Assembly: GCA_027073495.1 (NCBI GenBank)
Contig: JALSVQ010000089.1
Coordinates: forward strand, 1,346-65,345
Source of the DNA: Flavobacteriaceae bacterium
Lineage (GTDB): Bacteria > Bacteroidota > Bacteroidia > Flavobacteriales > Flavobacteriaceae
Length of the DNA: 64,000 nt
Reading direction: 5' to 3'
This document shows, piece by piece, positions 1-9,787 of the stretch (its first letter is position 1; each line of letters opens with the position of its first letter). A program made the translations under genes and the position numbers. The notes under the pieces were generated by a model. The model saw nothing but the letters and a program-made list of their open reading frames with translations, was not told the DNA's origin and searched no databases.

Positions 1-1687
1 CTTTTTTATACTCTACTTGACCAAAAGCACCTAACCAGTTAACTTTACCATCATTGTAGTATTCAATTTTTTGTTCTTTATTAACATCATTAAATGGATT
101 CCAAGCTGGGTCAGCAGCAATAAAATCAGCATCTAATATTGTATTATTTGGATTATTGACATCTTCATTATCAAAATATGCATCAGCACCCAAATCATTA
201 TTTACTACTCTATAGTGATGTCCTGAGTATGTTCTTAAATCAACACCAAAATCAAGTGATAAATTTTCACCTAATTTTTTATTAAAATCAGAAATCACAC
301 CATACCAATCGTGTGAGTTCATAGAAGCTCTACGTGTGAAACCGTGTCCTCTATCATTAATATAATAGCCATTTGCATCTGCTGGCTTATCAGGTCCAAA
401 ATCTGCTACGTGTCTTCCAGAATTCCAAGCATAGATATCATCAAAACGAACTAAACCAGTATTATTATCTCTAAATTGAGCATAATAATCTTTATCTCCG
501 TTGATTTTTCCAATAGGGCCTGTTCCTCCACCACGTCCCCAAGAAGCGTAGAATACTGTTGCTACTTTAGCAGATTCAGATAGTTTTAAATCCCAGTTTA
601 AAGAAGCGATAGGTTTGTGGTAGAAGTTTCTTCTCCAAGTAAACTCTTCTCCTCTTAAATATCCCCATTGTTGGTTGTATTTTCTATTGATATCTCCACT
701 ATTATAAGTTTTATTATCAGCAATACTTACTTGACGGTAGTTTTGGTTGTGCCATTGTGGCGCTCCTGTTACTGTCAATTGAAATTTGTTATTTTCTCCA
801 GATTTGTATCCTACAGCTAAATAGTAGTTATGTCCTTTGAATTTTGTACCATCTATATATCCGTCTCCAGCAGTTCTTGAAAACAAGAAAGAAGCAGATA
901 ATCCGCTATCTAGCAAGCCAGTATTGTATGACAATACATTTTTAAAGTAACCGTCATTACCTATAGCTGCTTTATATGCTCCACCACGTTTTTTGTCTGC
1001 AGAGCTTGTCAATACGTTTATAGTACCACCAACAGAAGAAATAGCCAGTTTAGAAGATCCTAAACCACGTTGTACTTGCATCGCAGAAGTTACATCAGAA
1101 AGACCTGCCCAGTTAGACCAGTATACTTTTCCATTTTCCATATCATTAACAGGCATTCCATTAATCATAACTGCAACGTTTCTACTATCAAAACCACGAA
1201 CACTTACACGTGAATCTCCAAAACCACCACCATTTTTAGTAGCGTAGATACCAGGTGTTGTTTTTAAAACCTCAGGAAATTCTTGAGTTCCTAATTTTTC
1301 TGTAATTTCAGAAGCTTTCAAAGTTGATACTGCAACAGGTGTTTGTCTGTCTTTTGCAATATCGGCAACTCCTATTAAAACAACTTCACCAAGATCGTTG
1401 TCTAATGCTAAAGCAATAGTTCCTAGATTAGTTTTTCCAGTAATGTTAATTGTTTTTGGTGCGAAACCAATGTAAGAAACAGTAATCTCAGTTACTCCAG
1501 CAGGTACTTCAATAGCAAAATTACCATCAAAGTCAGTAGCAGTACCTGTAGTTCCTACTTGTACAGCAGCTCCAGGTAAAGGTTGATTTAAGTTGTCAAC
1601 TACATTTCCTGAAATGTTTTGTTGTCCAAAGGCAAAAGTAGTACCTAATACTACCAATGCAACTAGCCAATTTTTAAATGTTTTCAT
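1..1687 (-). CDS. TonB-dependent outer-membrane receptor, N-terminal ~562 codons (C-terminus lies beyond the window edge)
   Basis: Not in the ORF track because it runs off the window. My reverse-strand translation from the ATG at ~1685-1687 reads MKTFKNWLVALVVLGTTFAFGQQNISGNVVDNLNQPLPGAAVQV... This gives a signal peptide and a carboxypeptidase-regulatory-like domain, then a plug-like ...DRQTPVAVSTL...GIYATKNGGGFGDSRVSVRGFDSRNVAVMINGMPVND... The frame stays open to position 1. Confidence 0.8.
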   Translation of the reverse strand, partial: MKTFKNWLVALVVLGTTFAFGQQNISGNVVDNLNQPLPGAAVQVGTTGTATDFDGNFAIEVPAGVTEITVSYIGFAPKTINITGKTNLGTIALALDNDLGEVVLIGVADIAKDRQTPVAVSTLKASEITEKLGTQEFPEVLKTTPGIYATKNGGGFGDSRVSVRGFDSRNVAVMINGMPVNDMENGKVYWSNWAGLSDVTSAMQVQRGLGSSKLAISSVGGTINVLTSSADKKRGGAYKAAIGNDGYFKNVLSYNTGLLDSGLSASFLFSRTAGDGYIDGTKFKGHNYYLAVGYKSGENNKFQLTVTGAPQWHNQNYRQVSIADNKTYNSGDINRKYNQQWGYLRGEEFTWRRNFYHKPIASLNWDLKLSESAKVATVFYASWGRGGGTGPIGKINGDKDYYAQFRDNNTGLVRFDDIYAWNSGRHVADFGPDKPADANGYYINDRGHGFTRRASMNSHDWYGVISDFNKKLGENLSLDFGVDLRTYSGHHYRVVNNDLGADAYFDNEDVNNPNNTILDADFIAADPAWNPFNDVNKEQKIEYYNDGKVNWLGAFGQVEYKK

Positions 1688-1974
1688 CAATTCTTGAATT
1701 AGTTAATATTGTTTATATTTTGACCAAATGGTCGATTAGTTAATAATGGCAAAAATCTTACTTAATCTTATAACTGTTTGTTAAACAGTGTTAAGAAATC
1801 GTTAATTCTTACACAATGCAAAGTTAAGTATTTAAATGAAAAAACAAAAAAGAATTGTTAAATATTTAGCAATGGTGGTTAAAAAATAAAAAGAACGCTT
1901 TCCCTATAAGTCACAAAACAAAATATTGATGCTAATTTTCTGATAATAATTCATTAATATCCGATAAAAGACTA

Positions 1975-2135
1975 AAGATCGTTTCGCTGTAAGACAAAAG
2001 ATAATTTGTAGAAATGACAATAAACTCAGCTAACTCGTTTTTCACTTTTCATTATGCATTTTTCATTTAAAAAATGAGATTTCTCGGCGTTCGTTCCGCT
2101 CTTTGTCGAAATGACAAAAAACTCAGCTAAAAAAA
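1975..2135. repeat. Two copies of a short REP-like intergenic element (cgtt[t/c]cgct ... gaaatgacaa[t/a]aaactcagctaa)
   Basis: Direct visual match of ~23-nt cores at about 2012-2035 and 2108-2131, each preceded by a cgttYcgct block. These are locally GC-richer than the surrounding AT-rich spacer. Confidence 0.45.
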
Positions 2136-2510
2136 CTTATAACTCTTTTTAGGGTTTAATAATTTAATCAAATAAATAACCTCCAAAACACTTGCTATAG
2201 TATACGGAATAAAAAACAATACAAAAGCTACATTTTGATTTTCTACAGTATTAAAATAAGGCTTTAATACGGTGAAAAACAATATGAATTTTAGAAAAGT
2301 ACCGCCCAAAAACAGAAAACCCAATTGATTAAAAAGTCGTTTTGAAGCGACATTAAGTAATGTAAAGACAAATACTGTCATTAAAAAATTGCCTAAATAA
2401 CTAGCTTTTAAAACTGTTTTATATGTTTTATAGAAATACGAATGTAATAAAAAAGCCACTAAAAGCACTACTGCTAATAGTACAACAAATCGAAGGATTT
2501 TTTTAATCAT
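2127..2510 (-). CDS. Small polytopic membrane protein (about 4 TM segments), function unknown
   Basis: 127-aa ORF of hydrophobic helices. It overlaps the upstream atpZ-like ORF by 8 nt, which indicates an operon. Confidence 0.5.
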   Translation of the reverse strand: MIKKILRFVVLLAVVLLVAFLLHSYFYKTYKTVLKASYLGNFLMTVFVFTLLNVASKRLFNQLGFLFLGGTFLKFILFFTVLKPYFNTVENQNVAFVLFFIPYTIASVLEVIYLIKLLNPKKSYKFF

Positions 2511-2712
2511 TAATTTTATTTAATTGACTAATTAACAAATACATTGATACAAAAACACCCAATAACACAAAGCCTGAATTATACCAATGCTTATCATTAG
2601 GGTATTGTACATCTAGCCACTTTCCTAACATTGAAAACAGATAAATGGTAATGCCCATTTGCATGCCTGCTCCTGCAAGTCTAAAGTATTTATTAGGCTG
2701 TTTTTTCGGCAT
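2503..2712 (-). CDS. AtpZ/AtpI-like small membrane protein
   Basis: 69 aa with two TM helices. The N-terminus KKQPNKYFRLAGAGMQMGITIYL... resembles the AtpZ/AtpI family. It overlaps the bactofilin ORF by 20 nt. Confidence 0.5.
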   Translation of the reverse strand: MPKKQPNKYFRLAGAGMQMGITIYLFSMLGKWLDVQYPNDKHWYNSGFVLLGVFVSMYLLISQLNKIND

Positions 2713-3091
2713 TTTTCATGGTTTTTACACCCGTTTTCATTGTACAAGTAGCGTTGAAGGTAGCATCTGGTTCTACAGCTAGTTTTGTAATAGTTACATT
2801 ACCTTCTATAATAGCCGTTTTGCGTAGTGTTAACAATTCATCCACAAATAAATCTCCTGAAAAATGACCTTCTACATCAGCGTTTTTTGCTTTGATTGTT
2901 CCTATTACTTTACCTGTTTTTCCAATAACTACTTTTCCAGAAGTTTTTACTGTTCCTTCAATAGTCCCATCAATTCTAAAATCACCATCAGACTCAATAT
3001 CACCAACTATTTTGGTGGATCCTCCTAAAATATTAGTTTGAGCTGAAGTAGTAGTGTTTGGTTGGTTTGGTTTTTTTTTGTCTGAAAACAT
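2693..3091 (-). CDS. Bactofilin (polymer-forming cytoskeletal protein, CcmA-like)
   Basis: 132 aa. After a disordered N-terminus comes the typical beta-helical repeat pattern: IVGDIESDGDFRIDGTIEGTVKTSGKVVIGKTGKVIGTIKAKNADVEGHFSGDL...IEGNVTI. Confidence 0.75.
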   Translation of the reverse strand: MFSDKKKPNQPNTTTSAQTNILGGSTKIVGDIESDGDFRIDGTIEGTVKTSGKVVIGKTGKVIGTIKAKNADVEGHFSGDLFVDELLTLRKTAIIEGNVTITKLAVEPDATFNATCTMKTGVKTMKNAEKTA

Positions 3092-3106
3092 GATGTGTTA
3101 TTTTAA

Positions 3107-5593
3107 TTATTTATATGAATTTATATTCTTTTTTATCTGTACTAAAGCATAATCTGTAGATGATATTATGTGTTTTTTATTGCTAATACTATAGCCATTA
3201 CCATCCATATATTTAGCAAATTCACGAGCTTCTTTTTCGCTTTTAAAACCGTGAACAACTACAAATGAAGCGTCTTTGAGATAATAATCTGTAGATGTCT
3301 TAAGACTATTCCTACCTACTGCTTGCTTAGCACGATCCACAATTGCTGCTATTTGACTACTTGAACTATCATCCCGTTTTGTTTCATAGATAATTTTCCA
3401 GTGTTTCTCGTTAGGATTTTTGGTAAAATCACTCGATTCTAGTGTTTTAATAAGTCCATCTAACAATTCTTGTGCTTCTTTTCCTTCTTTTGACTTCGGA
3501 TGATTTAATGCTATAAATGCTGTAGCTTTTTTGAAAGCTGCTAATCCTGCAGTACGTCCTAATATCTTGGCTTTTAGCAATTCAAATCGCAAGGCTTGTG
3601 ATGTGCCAAAAAACGCTTTTGCATTAGCATCAGCTTGTGCAAGTGCTTGATCAAATTTTTTGGCTAAGAATAATTTGGTCGTGGCAACAAAGAGCGTATC
3701 TGGATTGTGCACTGTATCATTGAGTAAAGCATCTGGATTTTGTATTATTTTAGCATATTGACTCGAAGGGTAATTGCTAACTATATCCTCTTTATAAGCT
3801 GTTGCTTTATTCGTGTTTTCTAATAACCCATAGAGTTTAAACAAATTGTATTTTGCTGGTAACACCAAGCGGTCTTCGGGTTTGAAACTAAGGACATCTT
3901 CTAGTTTAGAAACCGCAAGTTTATATTCTTTAAACTGTTCTTTGTAAATAAGTCCTAATTGATAATAGGCAAAGTCTCTTTTGGCTTTAACAGCAGCAAT
4001 AGCTTCATTATCTGTAGGAACTGTTCCTAGATATTTTTTCACATCATATTTATCTGCTTCGCTCACAGCCTTTGCTCCTTCTTGTTCAGCAGTCACTGTT
4101 TTTGAATTTAATGCTTTATCAGCATAGCGCCAATAATCTTCTAAAATGCGATCTCCCCACTGTTTTTTAAAGGTTTCTTTTCCAAATGAAACGGCTGTTT
4201 GATTGTAGAAATAGAACCCGTTATTTGCTACACTTGCATTGTTAGATGCTAATGCTGCTGCTGCTTCATTAACTTGTGCTTGTGTTTCTTTATTTACTAC
4301 ATCTGCAGCTTTAAGCTTTGCGATATAGTCTTCAAAATAGGTTTTAAGCTCTGTTTTACTCATAGTTGTGAGCTTGAGAATACTATCGTTTTTTCGAGCT
4401 ATTGCTTCATATTTAATGACATCATCCAAGTTATCAAAACGTTTTTTGAGTAATCTGTATTTTTTGGTTTTTTTGTCAATGAATGGTAATGCTTTTTCAT
4501 AAAATTTACCAGATTTTGTATATTGAGCTGTATTAAAATAGTAATCTGCTAATTGCTCATAGGCTTTGGCTTGCAGTTTTTTATTTCCTTTTGCTTCATC
4601 TATAGCTTGTGTAAATAATGTTTCTGCCGCTTCACCTTTATCAGCTCGCAAGGCAAGCATAGCTTTTTCGTAGTATAAACGTCCAAGAAAAGGCTTGTTT
4701 TCTCTATTTTTAATCAGTTTGTCATAAGTAGCAAGTGCTTGGACACTATCATTAACTAATAACTCTTTTTCAATAAGTGCATGAACATACAATGCCCAAT
4801 CTCCTTTGCGTTTTAGGGCAATAACTTGGTCAAATGCTCCTTGAGCACTGTCTTTTTGAGCTAATTTTTGCCAAAGTTGTCCTTTTATATAATTTAACCG
4901 TGCCAAAAAGGGTTTGTTTTTGGTATAAACGATTGCGGTATCTATAGCACTAAGCGCTTTGTCATAAGCTTTTGTTTTGATATAGCCTTCTGCTAATGTA
5001 GTGGCTAAATTCTGATGTAATTTTTTATCTAACCCTTTTTCACTAAGTAAAATATTTAAATTTTCTATAGCTACATCTTCATTATCTAAAGCAAGATTTG
5101 TTTTTTCACGCCAAAGTTTTGCTTCTGCTACTTTCTCTTTATCATTATAATACCGAATTGTATAATTAAAAGCTTCTATAGCTGGTACATAACGCTGGTC
5201 ATAATAACGTGCTTTTCCTAATAATAGATAGGCTTCCGATATTTGTGAGTTTTGCTCTTTACCTTGCAAGTTCATACTGTGCATTTGTACGGCTTTAACT
5301 GCTTTTTCTTCTGCTTTTTCAAAATTAGGATTTTTGGACATGCCTGGCATTGTTGTGCCTTTTGGTGTCGCTTTTAATGTTAATGGTAGTATTTCCCAAT
5401 AATCTTCTTTATGATTAGCTTTTACTGTTGCAACACCTACTTTTAAAGCTTCATTACCATTAAACAGCACATTGTATTTAGTGGTTAATGCATGGTAATT
5501 TCGATTTATTAATTTATTCTTTCGTGTTGAACAACTTGTTATGACAAGTAACGAAAAAAGTATGATGCTATATTTGTTTGGCTTATTTTTCAA
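3107..5593 (-). CDS. sprE: TPR-repeat lipoprotein, SprE/PorW-like (type IX secretion / gliding motility)
   Basis: 828 aa with lipoprotein signal MKNKPNKYSIILFSLLVITSC. It has the N-terminal NRNYHALTTKYNVLFNG motif and many TPR-like helical repeats. Size and architecture match the SprE/PorW family. The assignment is from recall, not a search. Confidence 0.55.
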   Translation of the reverse strand: MKNKPNKYSIILFSLLVITSCSTRKNKLINRNYHALTTKYNVLFNGNEALKVGVATVKANHKEDYWEILPLTLKATPKGTTMPGMSKNPNFEKAEEKAVKAVQMHSMNLQGKEQNSQISEAYLLLGKARYYDQRYVPAIEAFNYTIRYYNDKEKVAEAKLWREKTNLALDNEDVAIENLNILLSEKGLDKKLHQNLATTLAEGYIKTKAYDKALSAIDTAIVYTKNKPFLARLNYIKGQLWQKLAQKDSAQGAFDQVIALKRKGDWALYVHALIEKELLVNDSVQALATYDKLIKNRENKPFLGRLYYEKAMLALRADKGEAAETLFTQAIDEAKGNKKLQAKAYEQLADYYFNTAQYTKSGKFYEKALPFIDKKTKKYRLLKKRFDNLDDVIKYEAIARKNDSILKLTTMSKTELKTYFEDYIAKLKAADVVNKETQAQVNEAAAALASNNASVANNGFYFYNQTAVSFGKETFKKQWGDRILEDYWRYADKALNSKTVTAEQEGAKAVSEADKYDVKKYLGTVPTDNEAIAAVKAKRDFAYYQLGLIYKEQFKEYKLAVSKLEDVLSFKPEDRLVLPAKYNLFKLYGLLENTNKATAYKEDIVSNYPSSQYAKIIQNPDALLNDTVHNPDTLFVATTKLFLAKKFDQALAQADANAKAFFGTSQALRFELLKAKILGRTAGLAAFKKATAFIALNHPKSKEGKEAQELLDGLIKTLESSDFTKNPNEKHWKIIYETKRDDSSSSQIAAIVDRAKQAVGRNSLKTSTDYYLKDASFVVVHGFKSEKEAREFAKYMDGNGYSISNKKHIISSTDYALVQIKKNINSYK

Positions 5594-5701
5594 AATAATT
5601 AGTATTTGCTGTATTTAATAAACTCTTTTTTATTGATTTTATTTTCTAAAAACTCGTGTAAAAGTACAAAATATTCATTAAAAGAAACCAAAAAGAAATT
5701 A

Positions 5702-6721
5702 TTAGTCTTTAAAACGAAAACGATGCAAGCTAAAAACCACGGCACTCAATAGCAAAAAAGCTGTAATTTGATGCAAAGAACCCATTACAACAGGTACCTG
5801 ATATAACAAGGTAAAAATACCTAAAGTCACTTGTGTTGTGATGAGTAGTACTAATGCAATGACGGCTCGTTTTTGAAGCTTGGTTAAATTGTTTTTTTGT
5901 GATTTAAACCAAATATAAAACACCAAACTCAATATAATTAATGCCAAATAACGATGTATAAACTGAACACCGCTTGGGTTTTCAATATAATTGAGATACC
6001 AAGGTTTCATATAGGTAACCGTATCATCAATCCAACGGTTGTTATTCATTTTTGGCCAATGGTTGTGGATAAAACCGGCATCTAAACCTGCTACAAAAGC
6101 ACCATAAACAATTTGAAATAAAACCGAGACAAGCAATAGCACTATCGGTGTTTTTAAATTTGATTTGGTAGGCTCCGTATTGGGATACAGCAAACCTAAA
6201 GCGACCCAAAAAGTATATGAAAACGTAATGAATGCCATCAATAAATGTACTGCCAATCGGTAATGGCTTACATCTGGGCGCTCCATCAAGCCACTTTTGA
6301 CCATATACCAACCTAAAAAACCTTGAAAACCCCCTAAAAATAATAGCAATAAGGTCTTTTTAATTAATTTTTTTGTGAGTTTTTTCTTGACTAAAAAATA
6401 GAAAAAAGGAATAATAAATACCAAACCTATCATACGCCCAATCATGCGATGTAAGTATTCCCAAAAAAATATTTTTTTGAAATCAGCAAGTTCAAAATGA
6501 GAATTTACTTCTTTATATTCTGGAAATTTTTTATAATGTTCAAATTTTTCTTGCCATTGCGCATCATTTGTTGGGTATTTACTGCCAGATATAAGCTTCC
6601 ATTCGGTCATAGAAAGCCCTGAGTGTGTTAAGCGCGTAATTCCTCCAATGATAACCATTAAAAAAATAAGCAAACACCCCGTTAGCAACCATATAATAAT
6701 AGGTCTGTTTGTTTTTAGCAT
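5702..6721 (-). CDS. ctaA: Heme A synthase (COX15/CtaA family)
   Basis: 339 aa, polytopic. The N-terminus ...GGITRLTHSGLSMTEWKL... is typical of COX15/CtaA. Confidence 0.8.
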   Translation of the reverse strand: MLKTNRPIIIWLLTGCLLIFLMVIIGGITRLTHSGLSMTEWKLISGSKYPTNDAQWQEKFEHYKKFPEYKEVNSHFELADFKKIFFWEYLHRMIGRMIGLVFIIPFFYFLVKKKLTKKLIKKTLLLLFLGGFQGFLGWYMVKSGLMERPDVSHYRLAVHLLMAFITFSYTFWVALGLLYPNTEPTKSNLKTPIVLLLVSVLFQIVYGAFVAGLDAGFIHNHWPKMNNNRWIDDTVTYMKPWYLNYIENPSGVQFIHRYLALIILSLVFYIWFKSQKNNLTKLQKRAVIALVLLITTQVTLGIFTLLYQVPVVMGSLHQITAFLLLSAVVFSLHRFRFKD

Positions 6722-6746
6722 TGTTTTTTAGTTTTAAGTTCTTTAG

Positions 6747-7268
6747 TTATTCATCTTTATACCATGATGCGTATTTGATATAATTATTAGCTATTCTATC
6801 TATCTCTCCTGCTATCAGTTCTTGTGATATTTCTTTTACCTTTACAGCAGGAATACCTGCAAAAATAGAGCCTGAAGGGACGAAAGTGCCTTTGGTTAAC
6901 ACAGCTCCTGCTGCAATAATACTGTTACTTTCTACAATACAGTCATCCATTACTATAGCACCCATTCCTATTAACACATTATCGTGTATGGTACAACCAT
7001 GTACCATAGCATTATGCCCAATACTTACATTATCACCAATATTTGTTGGGTATTTCTCAAAAGTAGCATGGATTACTGCACCGTCTTGTATATTGACTTT
7101 GTTTCCTATTTTTATGTAATGTACATCACCACGAAGCACTGTATTATACCAAATACTACAATCATTTCCCATCACTACATCGCCTATTATAGCACAGTTT
7201 TCTGCCAAAAAACAGTTTGTACCAAATTGTGGTGTTTTACCGCGTAAAGGTCGTATTATTTTAGTCAT
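6747..7268 (-). CDS. Gamma-carbonic-anhydrase-like hexapeptide-repeat protein
   Basis: 173 aa with left-handed beta-helix hexapeptide repeats (IGDVVMG, VLRGDV, IGNKVNIQDGAVIH, IGDNVSIGHNAMVHG). Confidence 0.8.
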   Translation of the reverse strand: MTKIIRPLRGKTPQFGTNCFLAENCAIIGDVVMGNDCSIWYNTVLRGDVHYIKIGNKVNIQDGAVIHATFEKYPTNIGDNVSIGHNAMVHGCTIHDNVLIGMGAIVMDDCIVESNSIIAAGAVLTKGTFVPSGSIFAGIPAVKVKEISQELIAGEIDRIANNYIKYASWYKDE

Positions 7269-9618
7269 CTTCTGTTGGTTCTATTGTGATAGTAGGTTTT
7301 TTTAAATCTTTTTTGTTACTCACTTTTTGTGCTAAAGACATTAAAAGTGTTGGGAGGAATAACAAATTTGACAACATAGCAATAAGTAATGTAAAAGAAA
7401 CCAAACCACCTAATGCCTGCGTACCTCCAAAACTAGAAATTAAAAACACGGAAAAACCAAAAAATAACACTATAGAAGTGTAAAACATACTTACACCAAC
7501 TTCTTGTATTGTAGCATAAACAGCTTTATTAATACGCCATTTGTGCAATACCAATTCTTGTCTATATTTTACCAAAAAATGAATGGTATCATCTACAGAA
7601 ATACCAAAAGCAATGCTGAATACCAAAATAGTTGATGGTTTGATAGGAATACCGATATAGCCCATCATTCCTGCAGTAATAATAAGTGGTAGAAAGTTAG
7701 GTAATAATGATACGATAATCATTTTCCAAGATTTAAACATCATCGCAATAAATAAAGCAATCAAGACAATGGCAATAGCCAAAGATATAAATAGATTTTT
7801 GACCAAATAGCGTGTCCCTTTGGTAAATGCTTTTGCTTTTCCTGTCATGGTTATTTTTGCTTTCCCTTTAGGAAAAACACTATTGACCTTCTGCGTTAGC
7901 ATTTCTTCTATACGATCCATTTTTGCACTACCAATATCTTTCATAAAAGTAGTAATACGAGCATAACGTCCTGTGCTATCTACATAACTTTTGAGCAAAT
8001 TACCATCAGTTTTAGACTTTTTGGCATACGAAAGTATAAATGTTTTCTCTTGAGAAGTGGGTAATTGATAATATTTAGGATTACCATTATAAAAAGATTG
8101 TTTGGAATATTTTACTAAATTTACTACCGAAATAGGTTCTGACAATTCAGGGATTTCTTTGATTTGCTCTTGGATTTTTTCCATTTTTTTGAGCACACTC
8201 AGCTTCATTACTCCTTTTTTCTTTTTGGTATCGACCATTATTTCTAAAGGGAGAACACCTCCAAATTCTTTTTCAAAAAACTTAATATCTTTATAAAAAG
8301 CTTTACCTTTTGGCATATCTTCAAGCAAACTACCGCTAACACGTATCTGTACAATACCTATAAAACTAATGATAAGCAATAAAACTGCTGCAATATAAAC
8401 CGTAAGTCTTTTGTGTTTTACAACACGTAATAGCCAATCTATAAACCCTCCTACCCAGTTTTTACGCAAATGACGTAAATGACGTTCTTTAGGAAGCGGC
8501 ATAAAACTGTAGAAAATAGGTATTAAAACTAAAGACAAGACAAAAAGTAACATAATATTAATAGATGCTATGACTCCAAATTCACGCAACAATCTACTCT
8601 TAGTAAAAACAAAAGTAGCAAAACCTGCTGCTGTTGTAGCATTGGTCATTAGCGTAGCGTTTCCTATTTTGGAAATAACACGCTGCAATGATTTAATCTT
8701 ATTATTATGGTTTTTTATTTCATTTTGATACTTAGTTATTAAGAAAATAGCATTCGGAATACCAATCACAATAATAAGTGGCGGAATAATACCTGTGAGC
8801 GCTGTAATTTCATAACCTAACATACCTAGTGTTCCCAAAGACCACATTACGCCAATAATAACAACTAAACCAGAGATAAGTGTAGCACGCACTGAGCGAA
8901 AGAAAAAGAAAAATATCAATGATGTGGTGAGTAATGCCGCAATGACAAATATAGCAATTTCATCAGTAATGTTTTTGGCGTTTAAAGTGCGAATATACGG
9001 CATCCCAGAAACACGCACATGAAGTTTGTATTTTTCATTAAACTGCATCACTACGTCGTGTAGCTTGGCTATTACAGGTTTTCTGAGTTCAGTATTAACA
9101 ATTGCTTTATCCATATAAATAGCAGATTGTATAGTCCCGTCTTCATTGTATAATAAATTTTTGTAAAAAGGTAATTTTTGAAACAATTCATCTAAAATCA
9201 CTTTTACATCAGCTTTGGTTTTGGGCGTTTTATTAACTAAAGGATTTAGTTTAAACTGCTTTGCTTTTTTATCTTTTACTAATTTTTTAATCGTTCCGAC
9301 AGACAAGGTAGTTGTTACGCCTTCTATATTTTTTAGAGAATCTGTCAGCGCATTCCAAGCGTTAAAAATTTCAGGATTATAAATAGCCGAATCTTTAATA
9401 CCGATGACCACAACATTGCCTTCATCTCCAAAAATATCTAAAAAATGATCATATTCTTTATTTACAGGATGATCTGCTGGCAAAAGATTGGCTTCTGAAT
9501 AAGACATTCGCATATATTGCCATTGCGTAGCCATAAAAAAAGTAAAACCAATAATTCCTATAAGTAATACTATCCTGTTTCTTAGAATAAACCGTGCTAC
9601 ATATTCCCAAAATTTCAT
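7261..9618 (-). CDS. RND/MMPL-superfamily transporter (two 6-TM bundles with large loops)
   Basis: 785 aa with two hydrophobic blocks separated by soluble loops, an SSD-like arrangement. It overlaps the downstream gene by 8 nt. Confidence 0.7.
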   Translation of the reverse strand: MKFWEYVARFILRNRIVLLIGIIGFTFFMATQWQYMRMSYSEANLLPADHPVNKEYDHFLDIFGDEGNVVVIGIKDSAIYNPEIFNAWNALTDSLKNIEGVTTTLSVGTIKKLVKDKKAKQFKLNPLVNKTPKTKADVKVILDELFQKLPFYKNLLYNEDGTIQSAIYMDKAIVNTELRKPVIAKLHDVVMQFNEKYKLHVRVSGMPYIRTLNAKNITDEIAIFVIAALLTTSLIFFFFFRSVRATLISGLVVIIGVMWSLGTLGMLGYEITALTGIIPPLIIVIGIPNAIFLITKYQNEIKNHNNKIKSLQRVISKIGNATLMTNATTAAGFATFVFTKSRLLREFGVIASINIMLLFVLSLVLIPIFYSFMPLPKERHLRHLRKNWVGGFIDWLLRVVKHKRLTVYIAAVLLLIISFIGIVQIRVSGSLLEDMPKGKAFYKDIKFFEKEFGGVLPLEIMVDTKKKKGVMKLSVLKKMEKIQEQIKEIPELSEPISVVNLVKYSKQSFYNGNPKYYQLPTSQEKTFILSYAKKSKTDGNLLKSYVDSTGRYARITTFMKDIGSAKMDRIEEMLTQKVNSVFPKGKAKITMTGKAKAFTKGTRYLVKNLFISLAIAIVLIALFIAMMFKSWKMIIVSLLPNFLPLIITAGMMGYIGIPIKPSTILVFSIAFGISVDDTIHFLVKYRQELVLHKWRINKAVYATIQEVGVSMFYTSIVLFFGFSVFLISSFGGTQALGGLVSFTLLIAMLSNLLFLPTLLMSLAQKVSNKKDLKKPTITIEPTEDD

Positions 9619-9684
9619 ACGCTAATATTTTTAAGACTACATTTTTTATGATTCCTGACTGTAGTCAATAATAGCAACAAAGGT

Positions 9685-9738
9685 AAAAAAATAAAAGTAA
9701 ATACACTGCTAATTATTATTCATAAAAAGCAGTGTGTT
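9685..9738 (-). terminator. Rho-independent terminator downstream of the T9SS cargo gene
   Basis: 8-bp perfect stem acactgct/agcagtgt (about 9704-9711 and 9729-9736), followed on the minus strand by a T-rich run. Confidence 0.45.
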
Positions 9739-9787
9739 ATTTTAAGAAGTTTCTACTAAAATACGTTTGAAATTTGAATAGTTCAAC

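Noticed and set aside
1688-1826. The ~130-nt leader of the partial TonB-dependent receptor at the window start, considered as a possible riboswitch.
   Set aside because: It contains only a short hairpin (gaccatttggtc) and none of the conserved blocks of the riboswitch classes I can recognise.
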